From: Felis catus
Lineage: Eukaryota
DNA: 64,000 nt
Direction: 5' to 3'
Assembly (NCBI RefSeq): GCF_018350175.1
Contig: NC_058368.1
Span: 162,504,001-162,568,000, forward strand
The translations under genes and the position numbers were made by a program. The notes below the pieces were generated by a model, which worked only from the letters and a program-made list of their open reading frames with translations, did no database searches and was not told the origin of the DNA. Shown here piece after piece: positions 50,213-63,321 of this stretch; within the stretch, counting starts at the first letter, position 1; each line of letters starts with the position of its first letter.

Positions 50213-50486
50213 ACTTATGGCGATCTATTTCTTCATTGACTCAAGAAATGGCATTGGGGGTTTGTGAAACAAGACAAAGTAACAGAAGCACAAGCCCTTT
50301 GAAATCTTACAAAATAGTATGAAATTTCCACTGAAATTTGAGGGACCACTGAGATTAAGATCTTTGTTAAAGATGTAAATGGTGTACAGAACCTGGTTTT
50401 TCAGAGCATTAGAAATTCTATATAGCCATCAGGTCATTTTAGAAAGAACTAACCTAGAGAAAACTGGTTCCAGTCAGGGGCTAACT
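50213..50486. repeat. Probable donor of the 48141-48383 and 46958-46999 copies
   Basis: Longest version, with 31 extra nt; I see no flanking duplication. Confidence 0.9.
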
Positions 50487-50839
50487 AGGCCTAGCTCTCT
50501 TGATCTATTGAATAATGATGCAATAACAATGTTAACATTTCCTGATCTCCTAACACTTGCCAGATTTTGCTAAACTCTGTATGGCTATCATATAATACTA
50601 ATAATATCTCTAAAAGTATGAGTACATTATGATAGCCTTTTATATGTAAGGATTTCTTTCTTTTCATAGTAAATAATAATCGAGAGACTACTATTTGCTC
50701 TTTTTAGAGGACTAGAGATTTTGCAATGATTAAGATTTGTAACTTTCTTGTATGGAGTTTATTTTTTAGTAGGGGAGGACAAACAATATAAATAAGCAAA
50801 TATGCAAACCAAGAAAATGAAATAACAAAAAAGACAAGA

Positions 50840-51374
50840 TGTAGAGTTTAGCTAAACTACACCATGGTACTATTATTACTCAACATCCATTTCTTTTGGC
50901 TTGCAGAACCTTTTAACCAACACTAGCCCCCTCATGCAACACTTGTTCTAGATAACAGTGCATAGTCACAAGTAAATGTAAATTTCTAATGTGACTTCCC
51001 CAATGGCCCTCATGATAAAAAGTTTCCCCTGCATCCCAGGGCTTTCCACTTGTAGGCTGCTTAGATAAGACCCCCAAAGAGCTTACCAAAACCCTACTGT
51101 TTTTGGTTTGAGTTGACCAATCTGGCCTTAGCCCAAGACCCCCAAAACATTGCATCCAGGATGCTAATAAACACATGTGCCCAGGACCTGCCTCTCTCTG
51201 CCTGCACCTTGCCTTGATGTCCCTGCATGGCCCCTTGAGGTAACTTCCTCCAGGACTTGTGAGTAATAAACCTCTCTATCTCAATATCTCTTGTGGTCTT
51301 TTGTTGAACTGTGGCCTCCCCCTCTGGCACCCTGGGGCTCTACTTAACAAGGTTAATTGAACAAAGTCATAGTG
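50840..51374 (+). mobile_element. Solo ERVL-type LTR (MER74-like) interrupting an L2-like fragment
   Basis: 5-bp TSD CAAGA/CAAGT; GTAATAAACCTCTCTAT polyA-signal region; TTAACAAGGTTAATTGAACAAAGTCATA end. Confidence 0.65.
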
Positions 51375-51724
51375 CAAGTACTATACAAAGAATCAAAATA
51401 TGCAATTAACCTAATTGACCAAAGAGTTAGATTTCTTTGAGAAAGTGGCCTTGTAAGTGGTATGCGACTGACTAGACAAAGTAAGACCCACAGAGATGAA
51501 GAGAAATTTCACTTTGGAGGGAGAAAAGAGCAAATGAAAAGGTCATGAGGAGGGACTGTGTGGGAAGAAAGGCCAGTTTGGCTTGGAGGAAGAAAGGAAT
51601 GACAAGAGAACAGAGCAACAGACCAGTCATTGAGGTAAAGGCTCAGATTTCATGTGAATTGTAAAAGTTAAGGGATGCTATAGAGTGGTTGTGACACAGG
51701 ACTTTTAAAAATCACTGCATTATA

Positions 51725-51948
51725 GTGGCACCTGGGTTAATCAGTTAAGCATCTGACTCTTGATTTCAGCTCAGGTGAAGATCTCACAATTTGTGAGTTT
51801 GAGCCCTAGGTCGGGCTCTGTGTGCTTAGGATTCTCTCACTCTCTCTGCCCCTCCCCTGCTCATGCGCAAGCACTCTCTCTCTCTCTCTCTCTCTCTCAA
51901 ATAAATAAATAAATAAATAAATAAATAAAATAATTAAAAACCTAAAAA
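51725..51948 (+). mobile_element. CanSINE with (TAAA)n tail
   Basis: TSD AAAAATC(A/G)CTGCATTATA at 51707-51724 and 51949-51966. Confidence 0.95.
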
Positions 51949-52440
51949 AAAAATCGCTGCATTATAAAGAACAGATAGTACAAGAGCAAGGGTGCAAATG
52001 CAAAATGGAAAAAGAGATGCAGAGAAATGTGCTCAAGTCTTGGATGACAGCGGCGGAAATGAAGATGGGCAATGAAGATATGCTTTGGACTCTGTCAGAA
52101 GGATGGCCCATGGAGGGGGAAGCACAAGGAAGAGTAATTAAGGATGCTACTGGAAACAGAGGCCTGAGCAACTGGGTAGTTGGGTATGCCTACTGAGTTG
52201 TTAAAACTAGGAAGAGAGTGAACCTAGGGACTCAAAGTACATCTTATAGCTGAGACCTGAACTCTTAATCTTCTAACACCAGAGTTCACACCACTAATTA
52301 ACAGGCTACTGAAGAGATTGTATTTCCATATTTAGGTAAATTTGGGGAATATTTGCACACATCAGTGTTGTGTAGACCTTTTCTTCTCCTGTCTGCATCC
52401 AGTTAATCATTCAATTTATTCAAGGTACACAAAATATTAT

Positions 52441-52815
52441 TGCAATGAATTGAATGTTTGTGTCCTGCCACAATTCATACATTAAAACCCTAATCCCAAA
52501 GTGAGAAATAAATGGCATTTCTTTGGAGGCAGGACCTTTGAGAGATAATTAGGTCATGAAGATGGAACCTTGGTGAATGGGATCAAGGCTGTCTTAAAGA
52601 AGAGGCTAGAGAGCTAGCTAGTTCTCTGTCTACCATCTGAGGACACAGCAATTAAGACAGCCAGCTGTAGACCAGGAAGAGGGCACTCACCAAGAACCCA
52701 ACTATGCTGGCCCCATCATCTCAAACTTCAAGCTTCCAGAACTGTGAGAAATAAAAATTTGTTGCTTAAGCCACCCAGTGTCTGATAATTTGTTATAGCA
52801 GCCTGAGCTAAGACT
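52441..52815 (+). mobile_element. MaLR solo LTR (MLT1A/A0-like)
   Basis: TGAATGTTTGTGTCC...CCAGAACTGTGAGAAATAAA...TTAAGCCACCCAGT...TGTTATAGCAGCCTGAGCTAAGAC; 5-bp TSD ATTAT/ATTGT. Confidence 0.88.
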
Positions 52816-55800
52816 ATTGTCATCTCATTTAGAAGCCAACACAAAAATTACAAGAAAAATAACCGATGAAACAACTAACTGTTCTCAAGGAGTAAACCAA
52901 GAAGTGTAATTAAAAGCTTCTATAGCAGGAAAATTCCATAAAATGTAACATTTTGTAAAAATATGTTAAAACTAAAGAAGGATACTCTTATGCCCACAGC
53001 AACATGACTAAAACATAGTAAGTAATCAATAACATCTGTTAAATTTAAACAAAATTGTTACTTGTGTTACAAAGATTGAATCATCATCACCATCATTGTC
53101 AAAACTGGTATTTATTAAAAATTTAACGTTATAAGCCATTGCTTTTTAAATTGTGTAGCAGAGTTCTTGGATACTACAGACATACAAAATAGCCTCATGA
53201 GGGAACAAGAGTGTTGGGTGGGCTCCCCCGACATGCCCTGTTGTGTGACACATAGTGAATTTCCACAAGGAATTCACAGCCACAAAGATTTCTGACTCTG
53301 AAAATGAAGGTTTGAAAAATATTTCTTAAGCCTAAACTGAGTTTTCATTTTCTTTAAATATTTATTTCTCCAGGTTTGCTAACCAGATTTACCTTCTATT
53401 GTCATAATTTAAGGTGATAAGGAAGCATTTACACTGATACTCAGGAGGCACTATAATTATTTATTGGAATCTAAATCTTTTAACATCCTTGCAAATTTCA
53501 GTGGTTTTAGCAGTTCACCCTTAAAAATTAACCCACAGAATAAAAGAAAATGTATATGGATGTATGAGAAGAAGACGAACCAGAAATGGTTTAGGGGTGT
53601 GTTTCCTCTCTTCTGGGGCACAGTTAGGGACTGAGTGACCTTCTACCAAGGAAACATACACCACAGGCTGCTGCAGTCGCGTCCTCTCTGAACATTTCAT
53701 CATCTCAAGGGCTGAGGCTCATGGTAACTCTGCTCCAGCCAGAAGCCATGTGTGTATTGCCACCTTTTTCATCCCTACTTAGACCAAACGTATTCTTCCT
53801 CCCTTGTCAATATTAATGTATCTGCAGTGAATAAACAACATGATAGTATATAGAGAGATGTATTTCCCTAAGTCACTGTTTCTTATATCTATACAAAGTA
53901 TTTGGGGAAGGAAGAAACATGAACACATAAAGTGACACACATGCCTTTAAGAGCAAAACCAACTGTGGGATATCTATTCAGAATTTATTTTCTGGGTGAA
54001 ATAATATAAATTGTATCTAAAAATAAAAAAAAACCATCTTTTTGCTATTTCCCAGGTAATCAGAGAATGCTGTCCCAGTTTCTTAAATGATAAGGTCACT
54101 GATTTCATGGCTTTCATCACCTATGCTATGGAATGGAAAAATTCCACTTGATAAGACGAGATTCTTACATGGAAACGTAATGGGAAAATTACTACACCAA
54201 AAGCCACATTAAAAGTTATGACCCAGTTATATCCAGGTAAATGGTCTTAATATCATATTAAAATTTTATATTCCTTATGCTAAAATTGCTGATTTAGCTT
54301 TGAATGTAAATCTTGAAGAATGATATAGAAATAAGCATAATTAAGAAAAAAAAGAAAGTAAGAAAAAGAAAAGAAACTATAGCATTTATTTCCCATAAAA
54401 ATACCTATCTACTTTCTTCTGGCATTGCATAATGATGTATTTATTCCAAAAAGAAAAAAAAATACCCAATAACACAAAAATATATGAATAATTATCATAA
54501 AAACATTGTGCATTTTATACGACTACAATGATATATTTATCACTACATTCTCATGGTTCTAAGATTTTCAGGAAGCTTTTGGAACCATCACATTCCTACT
54601 CTGTCCACAAAAAAAATCCATGCAATCCAACTAATTTATTGTGTATTTACTGCATGTTGAGGCCAAGAACAAATGGATAATTTTTTTAAGAAGCCTACAT
54701 AATTAAAGAGCTCATTAATTATACTGTTTTCCCAAGCTTCAATTAACATGTTAATCTAGAAATCACTACCATGTGTTTTGGAAATGCTTGGTATTCAACA
54801 ACTCTCAGAGGCATGGTTTGCTGAAAATGCCTCTCTAGCAAAGGAAGATTTAGGAATTTTAACTTTGGTATCCTTAGGGAGAATTCTTATTCCTCTGTGG
54901 AAAACACAAAGCTTGATCATCCTAAATGAAATCCTTATAAATTTGGACATTTTTATGAAGGCATATTTTTATATATGCTAAATGAAAATTTTGAAAATCC
55001 CTCCTGTTCTGTGTTTATGAGGAGAAAATTCAGGGGAGCATGACATCTTTATCCAGAGATTTCATAATCTAAATTTACTCTTCTCAAAATGTTAATATTA
55101 TATACTAGAGTGGGACAGAACTTAATATCCCTAAGATCGGTGGTAGTCTGCTAGACAATGGTGAAGCATGTAAGTTGGCTATAAATAAAAGTCACCATCC
55201 TCTGTTTCAAATACATTTCAAAACATGTATTAAAAATTTATAGATGGGGGGAGGAGCCAAGGTAGCAGAACAGCATGGAAGTTGTTTGTGTGTCTCCTGT
55301 CCATGAAATACAGCCAGACCAACACTTAACCATCCTGCATACCTAGAGAACTGATGTGAGGATTAACACAACAATCTGCACAACCTGAACCACAGAACTC
55401 GGCAGGTACGCAGTGCGGAGAGGTGAACTGGGGGAGCAAGAAGCCGCAGAAGGCAGAGAGCTATTTTTGCTTGCAGAGAGAGGACTGAGATGGGAAGAGA
55501 GTAGGGGAAAAGCACCCCCCCCCAAAAAAAAAGCAGCTGGAGAAAAAATGGAAAAGTGGAAACAGCTGCAGGGACTGAACTAAAAAGGGAGAAAGGAGGA
55601 AGGAAAGGGTTTCAATTCCATTAAGATTCTATAAACGGGGAGCACAGAGTCTGAAACGCCACACAGCTCAATACCTGGCGGTGCTCTGGTGAGAAGGGCG
55701 AATCCCCAGGAGCAGAATGGAGTCCAGAAGGTCCTCGGGCCACACGAGAGAAGCAGTTCCACTGCTGAAATGCATTTGGTAGAAGCTGTGTATCCACCTG

Positions 55801-56344
55801 GTCCCAGCGGACCCCAGAGAACAACCACATTCGCGGGTGCTGAAACAAGGTCCTTAAAAGTGAAGCCTGGTGCCGATGTGTGTTGTGATTTTCCAAAATC
55901 CCTGAAACGCTGCTGCTACATGATCACGCAAAGGTTTTCTGGGGCAGGCTGGCACTCAGCCGCAGTCTCTGGGCATCGGCAGCAGCATGGTCCCACAAAC
56001 ATTTCTGGGTGCAGCCTGCACCTGGCCGTTGCTCAGTGAGACCCACAGGATCTCAGCGGGTCAAAGCCGCAGTCCCTCAGAAGTGAGGGGTCGGGAAACA
56101 CAGCCCCATCTGATATAAAACTCAGGAGGGAGGTGCTGCCTGGCAACCCCACGGCTTGGTCACAATGTAAAAGCAGGGAGTGGACGGAGGCTGGAGACAA
56201 AGGACGGGTGCGCATTTGCTGGTTGGGCAGAGCACAGAAGCTGGATACTACAGACTGGATAACTGGGTGACGCCATTTTCGCAACTCTGGCACACGTGCA
56301 TACACACCTGCAAGCACCACAACAATCCACTCTAGTAAGCTAAG

Positions 56345-56360
56345 CAGCGCCATCTAGTGG
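56345..56360 (-). promoter_or_regulatory. Consensus CTCF motif within L1 5'UTR
   Basis: Minus strand CCACTAGATGGCGCTG. Confidence 0.6.
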
Positions 56361-57917
56361 AGAAAGGAGCCATGACACTAAGCCCCACCCAATGGGGCCA
56401 ACCTAGCTCTTCAAGAACACGGATCACTCCTGCAGCTTATTTACAGACTATAAAGTGCTTCATAGCTTGACTTCTAGGGGAAAAGGAGGTAATTTCAATC
56501 CTTTTTCAGTCTGTTTGCTGGTCGATCTAATCAATTTTCTTTCTTTTTTTCTTTCTTTTTCGTTTCTTTTTTTTTCTTCAATACAGAAAGAGAAAAAAAT
56601 TATTTTTATTTTCAATTTTTATTAAAAATATTTTCCTTTATTTTTCTCTACTATATATTTTTTATTTTTAGAACATTTTTCAAAATCTATTTTACTTCCA
56701 TCATTTCATTTTATTCTATTTCATTGTATTCATTTTCTCATATTTTCAAATGTTTTCCTTCTTATTTATTTCTTATTTTTCTTTTTTCTTTTTATTTTTT
56801 CTCTAATCTATCAAGCACCTTTCAATAACTAGACTAAAACACACCTAGGATCTAGCATCATTTATTTGATTTGGGTGTGTGTGTGTTGTTTTTAATTTTT
56901 TAATTTTAGTGGTTTTTTTTTACCTTATTAATTCCTTTTCTTCCTTCAAAATTATGAAACAAAAGAATTCACCCTAAAAGAAAGAGCAGGAAGAAACAAC
57001 AGCCAAGGACTTAATCAACACAGATACAAGCAAGATGTCTGAACCAGATATGGAATCACAATAATAAGAATACTAGCTGGGGTCAAAAACAAATTAAAAT
57101 CCAGTCCCTTTCTGTGGAGATAAAAAAAAATGAAAGCTACTCAGTATTAAATAAAAAATGCTATAACTGAGCTGCAATCTCGAATGGATGCCATGGAGGC
57201 AAAGATGGATGAGTCAGAGCACAAATCAGCGACATAGAGGACAAAGTGATAGAGAATAATGAAACAGAAAAAAAGAGGGAGACTAAGGCAAAAGAGCACT
57301 ATTTAAGAATTAGAGAAACCAGTGATTCATTAAAAAGAAACAACCTCAGAATCATAGGGGTCCCAAAAGATGAAGACAGAAAAAAAGGGTAGATGTGAGC
57401 AAACCATAGCAGAAAACTTTCCTAACCTGGGGAAAGACACAGACATCAAAATCCAGGAAGCACAGAGGAGTCCATAAAATTCAACAAAAACTGACCATCA
57501 ACAAGGCATATCATAATCAAATTCACCAAATACTCAGGCAAGGAGAGAATCATGAAAGCAGCAAGGGGAAAAAAGTCCTGAACCTATAAGGGAAGAGATA
57601 TCAGACCTATCCACAGAAACTTGGCAGGCCAGAAAAGAGTGGCAGGATATATTCAATGTGCTGAATTAGAAAAATATGCAGCCAGGAATTCTTTATCCAG
57701 CAAGGCTGTCATTCAAAATAGAAGGAGAGATTAAAAGTTTCCCAGACAAACAAAAATTAAAGGAGTTTGTGACCACTAAACCAGCCCTGCAAGAAATTTA
57801 AAGGGGGACTCTCTGAGGGGAGAAAAGACGAAAAAGAAAAAAAAAAAGCCCAAAAGCAACAAAGACTAGAAAGGACCAGAGAACACCACGAGAAACTCCA
57901 ACTCTACAAGCAACATA

Positions 57918-60900
57918 ATGGCAATAAATTCATATCTTTCAGTACTCACTCTAAACTTCAATGGGCTAAATGGTGCAATCAAAAGACATTGGGTAACAGA
58001 ATGGATAAGAAAACAAGACCCATCTATATGCTGTTTAAAAGAGACCCACTTTAGACCTAAAGATACCTTCAGATTGAAAGTAAGGGGATGGAGAACCATC
58101 TATCATGCTAATGGTCGACAAAAGAGGGCTGGAGTAGCCATACTTACATTAGACAATCTAGACTTTAAAATAAAGACTGTAACAAGAGATGAAGAAGGGC
58201 ATTGTATCATAATTAAGGGGTCTATCCACCAAGAAGACCTAACGATGTAAAAATTTATGCCCTCAATGTGGTAGAACCAAAATATATAAATCGATTAATC
58301 ACAAACATAAAGGAATTCATTGATAAGAATACCATAATAGTAGGGGACTTCCACACCACACTTACAACAATGGACAAATCATGCAAGCAGAAAATCAACA
58401 AGGAAACAATGGCTTTGAATGACACCCTGGACCAGATGGACTTAACAGATATATTCAGAACATTTCATCCTAAAGCAGTGGAATATACATTCGTCTCCAC
58501 TGCAAATTGAACGTTCTCCAGAACAGATTACATACTGGGACACAAATCAGCCCTCACCAAGTACAAAAATATTGAGATCACACCCTGCATATTTTCAGAC
58601 CACAACACTCTGAAACTCGAAAGGAACCACAAGACAAAATATGGAAAGATAACAAATTCTTGGATACTAAAGAACATCCTACTAAAGAATGAATGGGCTA
58701 ACCAAGAAGTTAAAAGGGAAATTGAAAAGTACATGGAAGCCAATGAAAATAATAACACCACAGCCCAAAACCTCTGGGATGCAGCAAAGGTGGTCATAAG
58801 AGGGAAGTATATAGCAATCCAGGCCTTCCTAAAGAAGGAAGAAAGGTCTCAGACATACAACCTATTCTTACACCCTAAAGAGCTGGAAAAAGAACAGCAG
58901 AAGACAGGAAATAATAAAGATTAGAGCAGAAATCAATGCTACCAAAACAAAAAAACAAAAAACAAAAAAACAGTAGAACAGATCAATGAACCCAGAAGCT
59001 GGTTCTTTGAAAAAATTAAAAAAATTGTTAAACCCCTAGCCAGTTTGATCAAAAAGAAAAAGGAAAGAACCTAAAATAAATAAAATCAAGAATTAAAGAG
59101 GAGAGATCACAACCAACACAGCAGAAACACAAACAATAATAAGAGAATATTATGAGCAATTGTATGCCAATAAAATGGGCAATCTGGAAGAAATGGACAA
59201 ATTCCTAGAAACATATACACTACCATAACTGAAACAGGAAGAAATAGAAAATTTGATCAGACCTATAACCAGTAAAAAAATTGAATTAGTAATCAAAAAT
59301 CTCCCAAAAAACAAGAGTCCAGGGCCAGATGGCTTTCCAGGGGAATTTTACCAAATATTTAAGGAAGAGTTAACACCTATTGTCTTGAAGCTGTTTCAAA
59401 AATAGAAATGGAAGGAAAACTTTCAAACTCTTTCTATGAAGCCACCATTACTTTGATTCCAAAACCAGACAAACACCCCACTAAAAGGCAGAACCACAAA
59501 CCAATTTCCCTGATGAGCATGGATGCAAAAATCCTCCACAAGGCATTAGCCAACCGGATTCAATAATACATTAAAAAATTATTCACCACAACCCAGGGAG
59601 ATTTCTACCTGGGATGCAGGGCTAGTTCAATATCTGCAAATCAATGTAATTAATCACATCAATAAAAGAAAGGATAATAACCACATGATCCTCTCAATAG
59701 ATGCAGAGAAAGCATCTGACAAAATACAGCATCCTTTCTTGATAAAAATCCTCAAGAAAGTAGGGATAGAAGGATCATACCTCGAGATCATAAAAGCCAT
59801 ATATGAAAGAGCCAATGCTCATATCATCCTCAAAGGGGAAAAACTGAGAGCTTTCCCCCTAAGGTCAGGAACAACACAGGGATGTCCACTCTCCCACTGT
59901 TATTCAACATAGTGTTGGAAGTCTTAACCTCAGCAATCAGACAATACAAAGAGATGAAAGGCATCCAAATTGGCCATGGGGAGGTCAAACTGTCACTGTT
60001 CGCAGATGACATGATACTCTATATGGAAAACCCAAAAGATTCCACCAAGAAAATGCTAGAACTGATCCATGAATTCAGCAAAGCTGCAGGATATAAAATC
60101 AATGCACAGAAATCGGTTGCATTCCTATTCACCAACAATAAAGCAATAGAAAGAGAAATCAAGGAATCAATCCCATTAACAATTGCACCAAAACCCATAA
60201 AATACCTAGGAATAAATCTAACCAAAGAGGAAAAAAAAAATCTATACACTGAAAACTACAGAAAGCTTATGAAAGAAATTGAAGAAAACACAAAAAAAAT
60301 GGAAAAAAATATTCCATGTTCCTGGATAGGAAGAAAAATATTGTTAAAATGTCAATACTACCCAAAGCAATCTACATATTAAATGCAATCCCTATCAAAA
60401 GAACACCAGCATTCTTCACAGAGCTAGAACAAACAATCCTCAAGTTTGTATGGAACCAGAAAAAAACCCCGAATAGCCAAAGCAATCTTGTAAAACAAAA
60501 CCAAAGATGGAGGCATCACAATCATGGATTTGAAGCTGTATTAAAAGCTATAATCATCAAGACAGTACGGTCCTGGCACAAGAACAGACACTCAGATCAA
60601 TGGAACAGAATAGAGAACCCGGAAATGGACCCACAAACATATGGCCAACTAATCTTTGACAAAGCAGGAAAGAATATCCAATAAAGAATAAAGACAGTCT
60701 CTTCAGCAAGTGGTGCTGGGAAAGCTGGACAGTGACATGCAGAAAAATGAACCTGGACCACTTTCTTACACTTTACACAAAAATAAACTCAAAATGGATA
60801 AAGGACCTAAATGTTAAGACACCAAGCCATAAAAATCCTAGAGGAGAAAGCAGGAAAAAACCTCTTTGATCTTGGCCACAGATACTTCTTACTCAACATG

Positions 60901-61571
60901 TCTCTGGAGGCAAGGGAAGCAAAAACAAAAATAAACTACTGGGACCTCATCAAAATAAAAAACTTCTGCACAGTGAAGGAAACAATTGGCAAAACTAAAA
61001 AAGCAACCAACGGAATGGCAGAAGATATTTGCAAATGGCGTATCAGATAAAGGGTTAGTAGCCAAAATGTACAAAGAGCTTATCAAACTCAATGCCCAAA
61101 AAACAAATCATCCAGTGAAGAAATGGGCAAAAGACATGAATAGACACTTCTCCAAAGAAGACATCCAGATGGCCAAACGACACATGAAAAAATGCTCAAC
61201 ATCCCTCATCATCAGGGAAATATAAATCAAAACCACATGAGATACGACCTCACACCTGTCAGAATGGCTCACATTAACAACTCAGGCAACAACAGATGTT
61301 GGCGAGGATGTGGCAAAAGAGGATCTCTTTTGCACTGCTGGTGGGAATGCAAACTGGTGCAGCCACTCTGGAAAACAGTATAGAGATTCCTCAAAAAATT
61401 AAAAATAGAACTACCATGACCCACCAATTGCACTACTAGGTATTTATCCAAGGGATACAGGTATGCTGTTTAGAAGGGGCACAGGCACTCCAATGATCAT
61501 AGCAGCACTATCAACAAGAGCCAAGGTATGTAAAGAGCCCAAATGTCCATCAATAGAATGGATAAAGAAGA

Positions 61572-61644
<73 letters not shown>

Positions 61645-61772
61645 ACTAGGCAATCAAAAAGAATGAAATATTGCCATTTGCAACTACATGGATGGAACTA
61701 GTGTGTATTATGCTAAGTGAAATTAGTCAAGAAAAACAAAATCATATGACTTCACTCATATGAGGACTTTAA
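57918..61772 (+). pseudogene. L1 ORF2p remnant
   Basis: [36 protein letters not shown] and [18 protein letters not shown]; many frameshifts. Confidence 0.95.
61572..61640. repeat. (TG)n(TA)n(GA)n compound microsatellite in the L1 ORF2 3' end
   Basis: Visible run at the AAGAAGATGTG position of ORF2. Confidence 0.95.
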
Positions 61773-62156
61773 GATACAAAATAGGTTAATATAAGGGAAG
61801 GGAAACAAAAATAATATAAAAACAGGGAGGGGAAAACATAAAAGACTCTTAAATATGGAGAACAAACAGAGGGTTCCTGGAGGTGTTGTGGGAGGGGAGA
61901 TGGGCTAAATGGGTAAGGGGCATTAAGGAATCTACTGATGAAATCATTGTCGCACTATATGCCAACTAACTTGGATGTGAATTAAAAAAATAAATTAAAT
62001 AAATATTTAAAAAAAATTATAGATGTGTTTTATCCTTTAAATAACCTTATTAAACATTTCTAATATTTACTTCATTTCAGCTTCTTTTATCGACATAACA
62101 ACTTGTACAAAGAGCATTCCAACTTGGAATGGAAAAACAATAATAACCTTACTTAC

Positions 62157-62224
62157 CTTTGTATAAAAGTATACAAAAATGAGAAGGCCAGACAATGAGA
62201 TGGAAAGCAAGAGTACTTGATTCT
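62157..62224 (-). other. Candidate 68-nt internal exon of an unidentified minus-strand gene
   Basis: Acceptor CTTTTTTCTGTTTTAG| and consensus donor AAG|GTAAGT; open in all three frames; one frame gives NQVLLLSISLSGLLIFVYFYTK (transmembrane-like). Confidence 0.4.
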
Positions 62225-62499
62225 CTAAAACAGAAAAAAGTAGCTTGACGGTATTAACAAACATACTACTACTTATGATCTGTCTGCCCTACAAACTACA
62301 ACTAAAAGCTCTCATAAATTACATCACAAATCAGTTACTGTCTTGATATTTGAGTTTTCAGTCATTTGTTTTGTGTAAACTGTGACTATCATCTTTGTTA
62401 CATTACACTGGCATGTGGAATTAAAATATTTTGTGTGCCTCAAGGAAGTGATAAATAGGATTTGTATTTTATTTTTCAGGAATGTTTTACAAAACTATC

Positions 62500-62832
62500 C
62501 TTTTGTAATCCAGTTTTAAAAAGTGCCATGACCAGCTTTTTGGGTTACTCCTTCACATCTTTCAGGTTCCCATTCAAATGTCAAGTTATCAGAGAAATTT
62601 TCCCTGACAACACTATACAACATGCCATTCTGCTTTATTTTTATTCACAGCATTTATCATTACCTGACAGAGATTTACTGATGATTTGTTGACTATCTCA
62701 CCTCCTCCACTAGAATCAAGGTCTTAGAAGGCCTTGGGCCTTATTATTTCTGTTTTGTTCCTACAACATATACTGCTTCTAAAATATTTCCTGCAATGTA
62801 GTAGGTGCTCAATAAATATTTGCTGAATGAAT
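62500..62832 (+). mobile_element. L2 3'-end fragment
   Basis: TTCAAATGTCAAGTTATCAGAGA...CCACTAGAAT...GTAGTAGGTGCTCAATAAATATTTGCTGAATGAAT terminus. Confidence 0.75.
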
Positions 62833-63321
62833 AAAACCCCAATATTTATAGAGGCGATCTCTTAATTTCATGCACAATGAATTCCTGGAAGAGATGCAGA
62901 GTTAGAATTATATATATACATATATATGTGTGGATAGGTAGGTAGATTCCAATCCCAGAGAGAAAAAAAAATGTGTTTTTTTTTAATTTCTAATTACAAG
63001 ATGTTTTGAGGACACTGTTTCGAAAAATGTACTTCTAACATGTCATATACATACTTCATTTTATTTATTTTATTTTGTCCTGCAAATTTAATAACATTTA
63101 TGTAAGGATAATATTAAAAGTCATTATTTAAAGTAGTTATAGTAATCTCTTCTTTCTCATATGCATTACTCCTCTGAGAATCATCACTTTTAATCCCTTT
63201 GTTTTACATTCTTTTTACTACATATGGGATGAAGGCAGTAACATTCCTGTAAGCACAACAGCAATGCTGTGAAGACAAATAAAGTGACTCTGGTGAAGCA
63301 GAACTGTTAGCCAAAGGCAAT

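Larger units (their letters stand above)
55247..62010 (+). mobile_element. Full-length LINE-1 of a second feliform/carnivore lineage, inactivated
   Basis: TSD AAAAA(T/A)TTATAGATG at 55232-55246 and 62011-62025. GC-rich 5'UTR then T-rich tract; ORF1 about 56951-57816; ORF2 about 57918-61772; 3'UTR differs from the other two L1s. Confidence 0.95.

Noticed and set aside
50298..50328. Spliced-out intron explaining the 31-bp gap in the 48141-48383 copy
   Set aside because: Too short for a spliceosomal intron and lacks GT-AG ends on either strand, so it does not prove an RNA intermediate.
54056..54236. + strand exon (TTTCCCAG| ... CAG|GTAAAT)
   Set aside because: Stops in all three frames, and opposite to the strand suggested by L1 orientation.
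907..61772. Retrotransposition-competent L1 or functional RT/endonuclease CDS
   Set aside because: All three long L1s have many frameshifts and stops. The longest ORF2 piece is 206 aa, against about 1275 aa for an intact ORF2.
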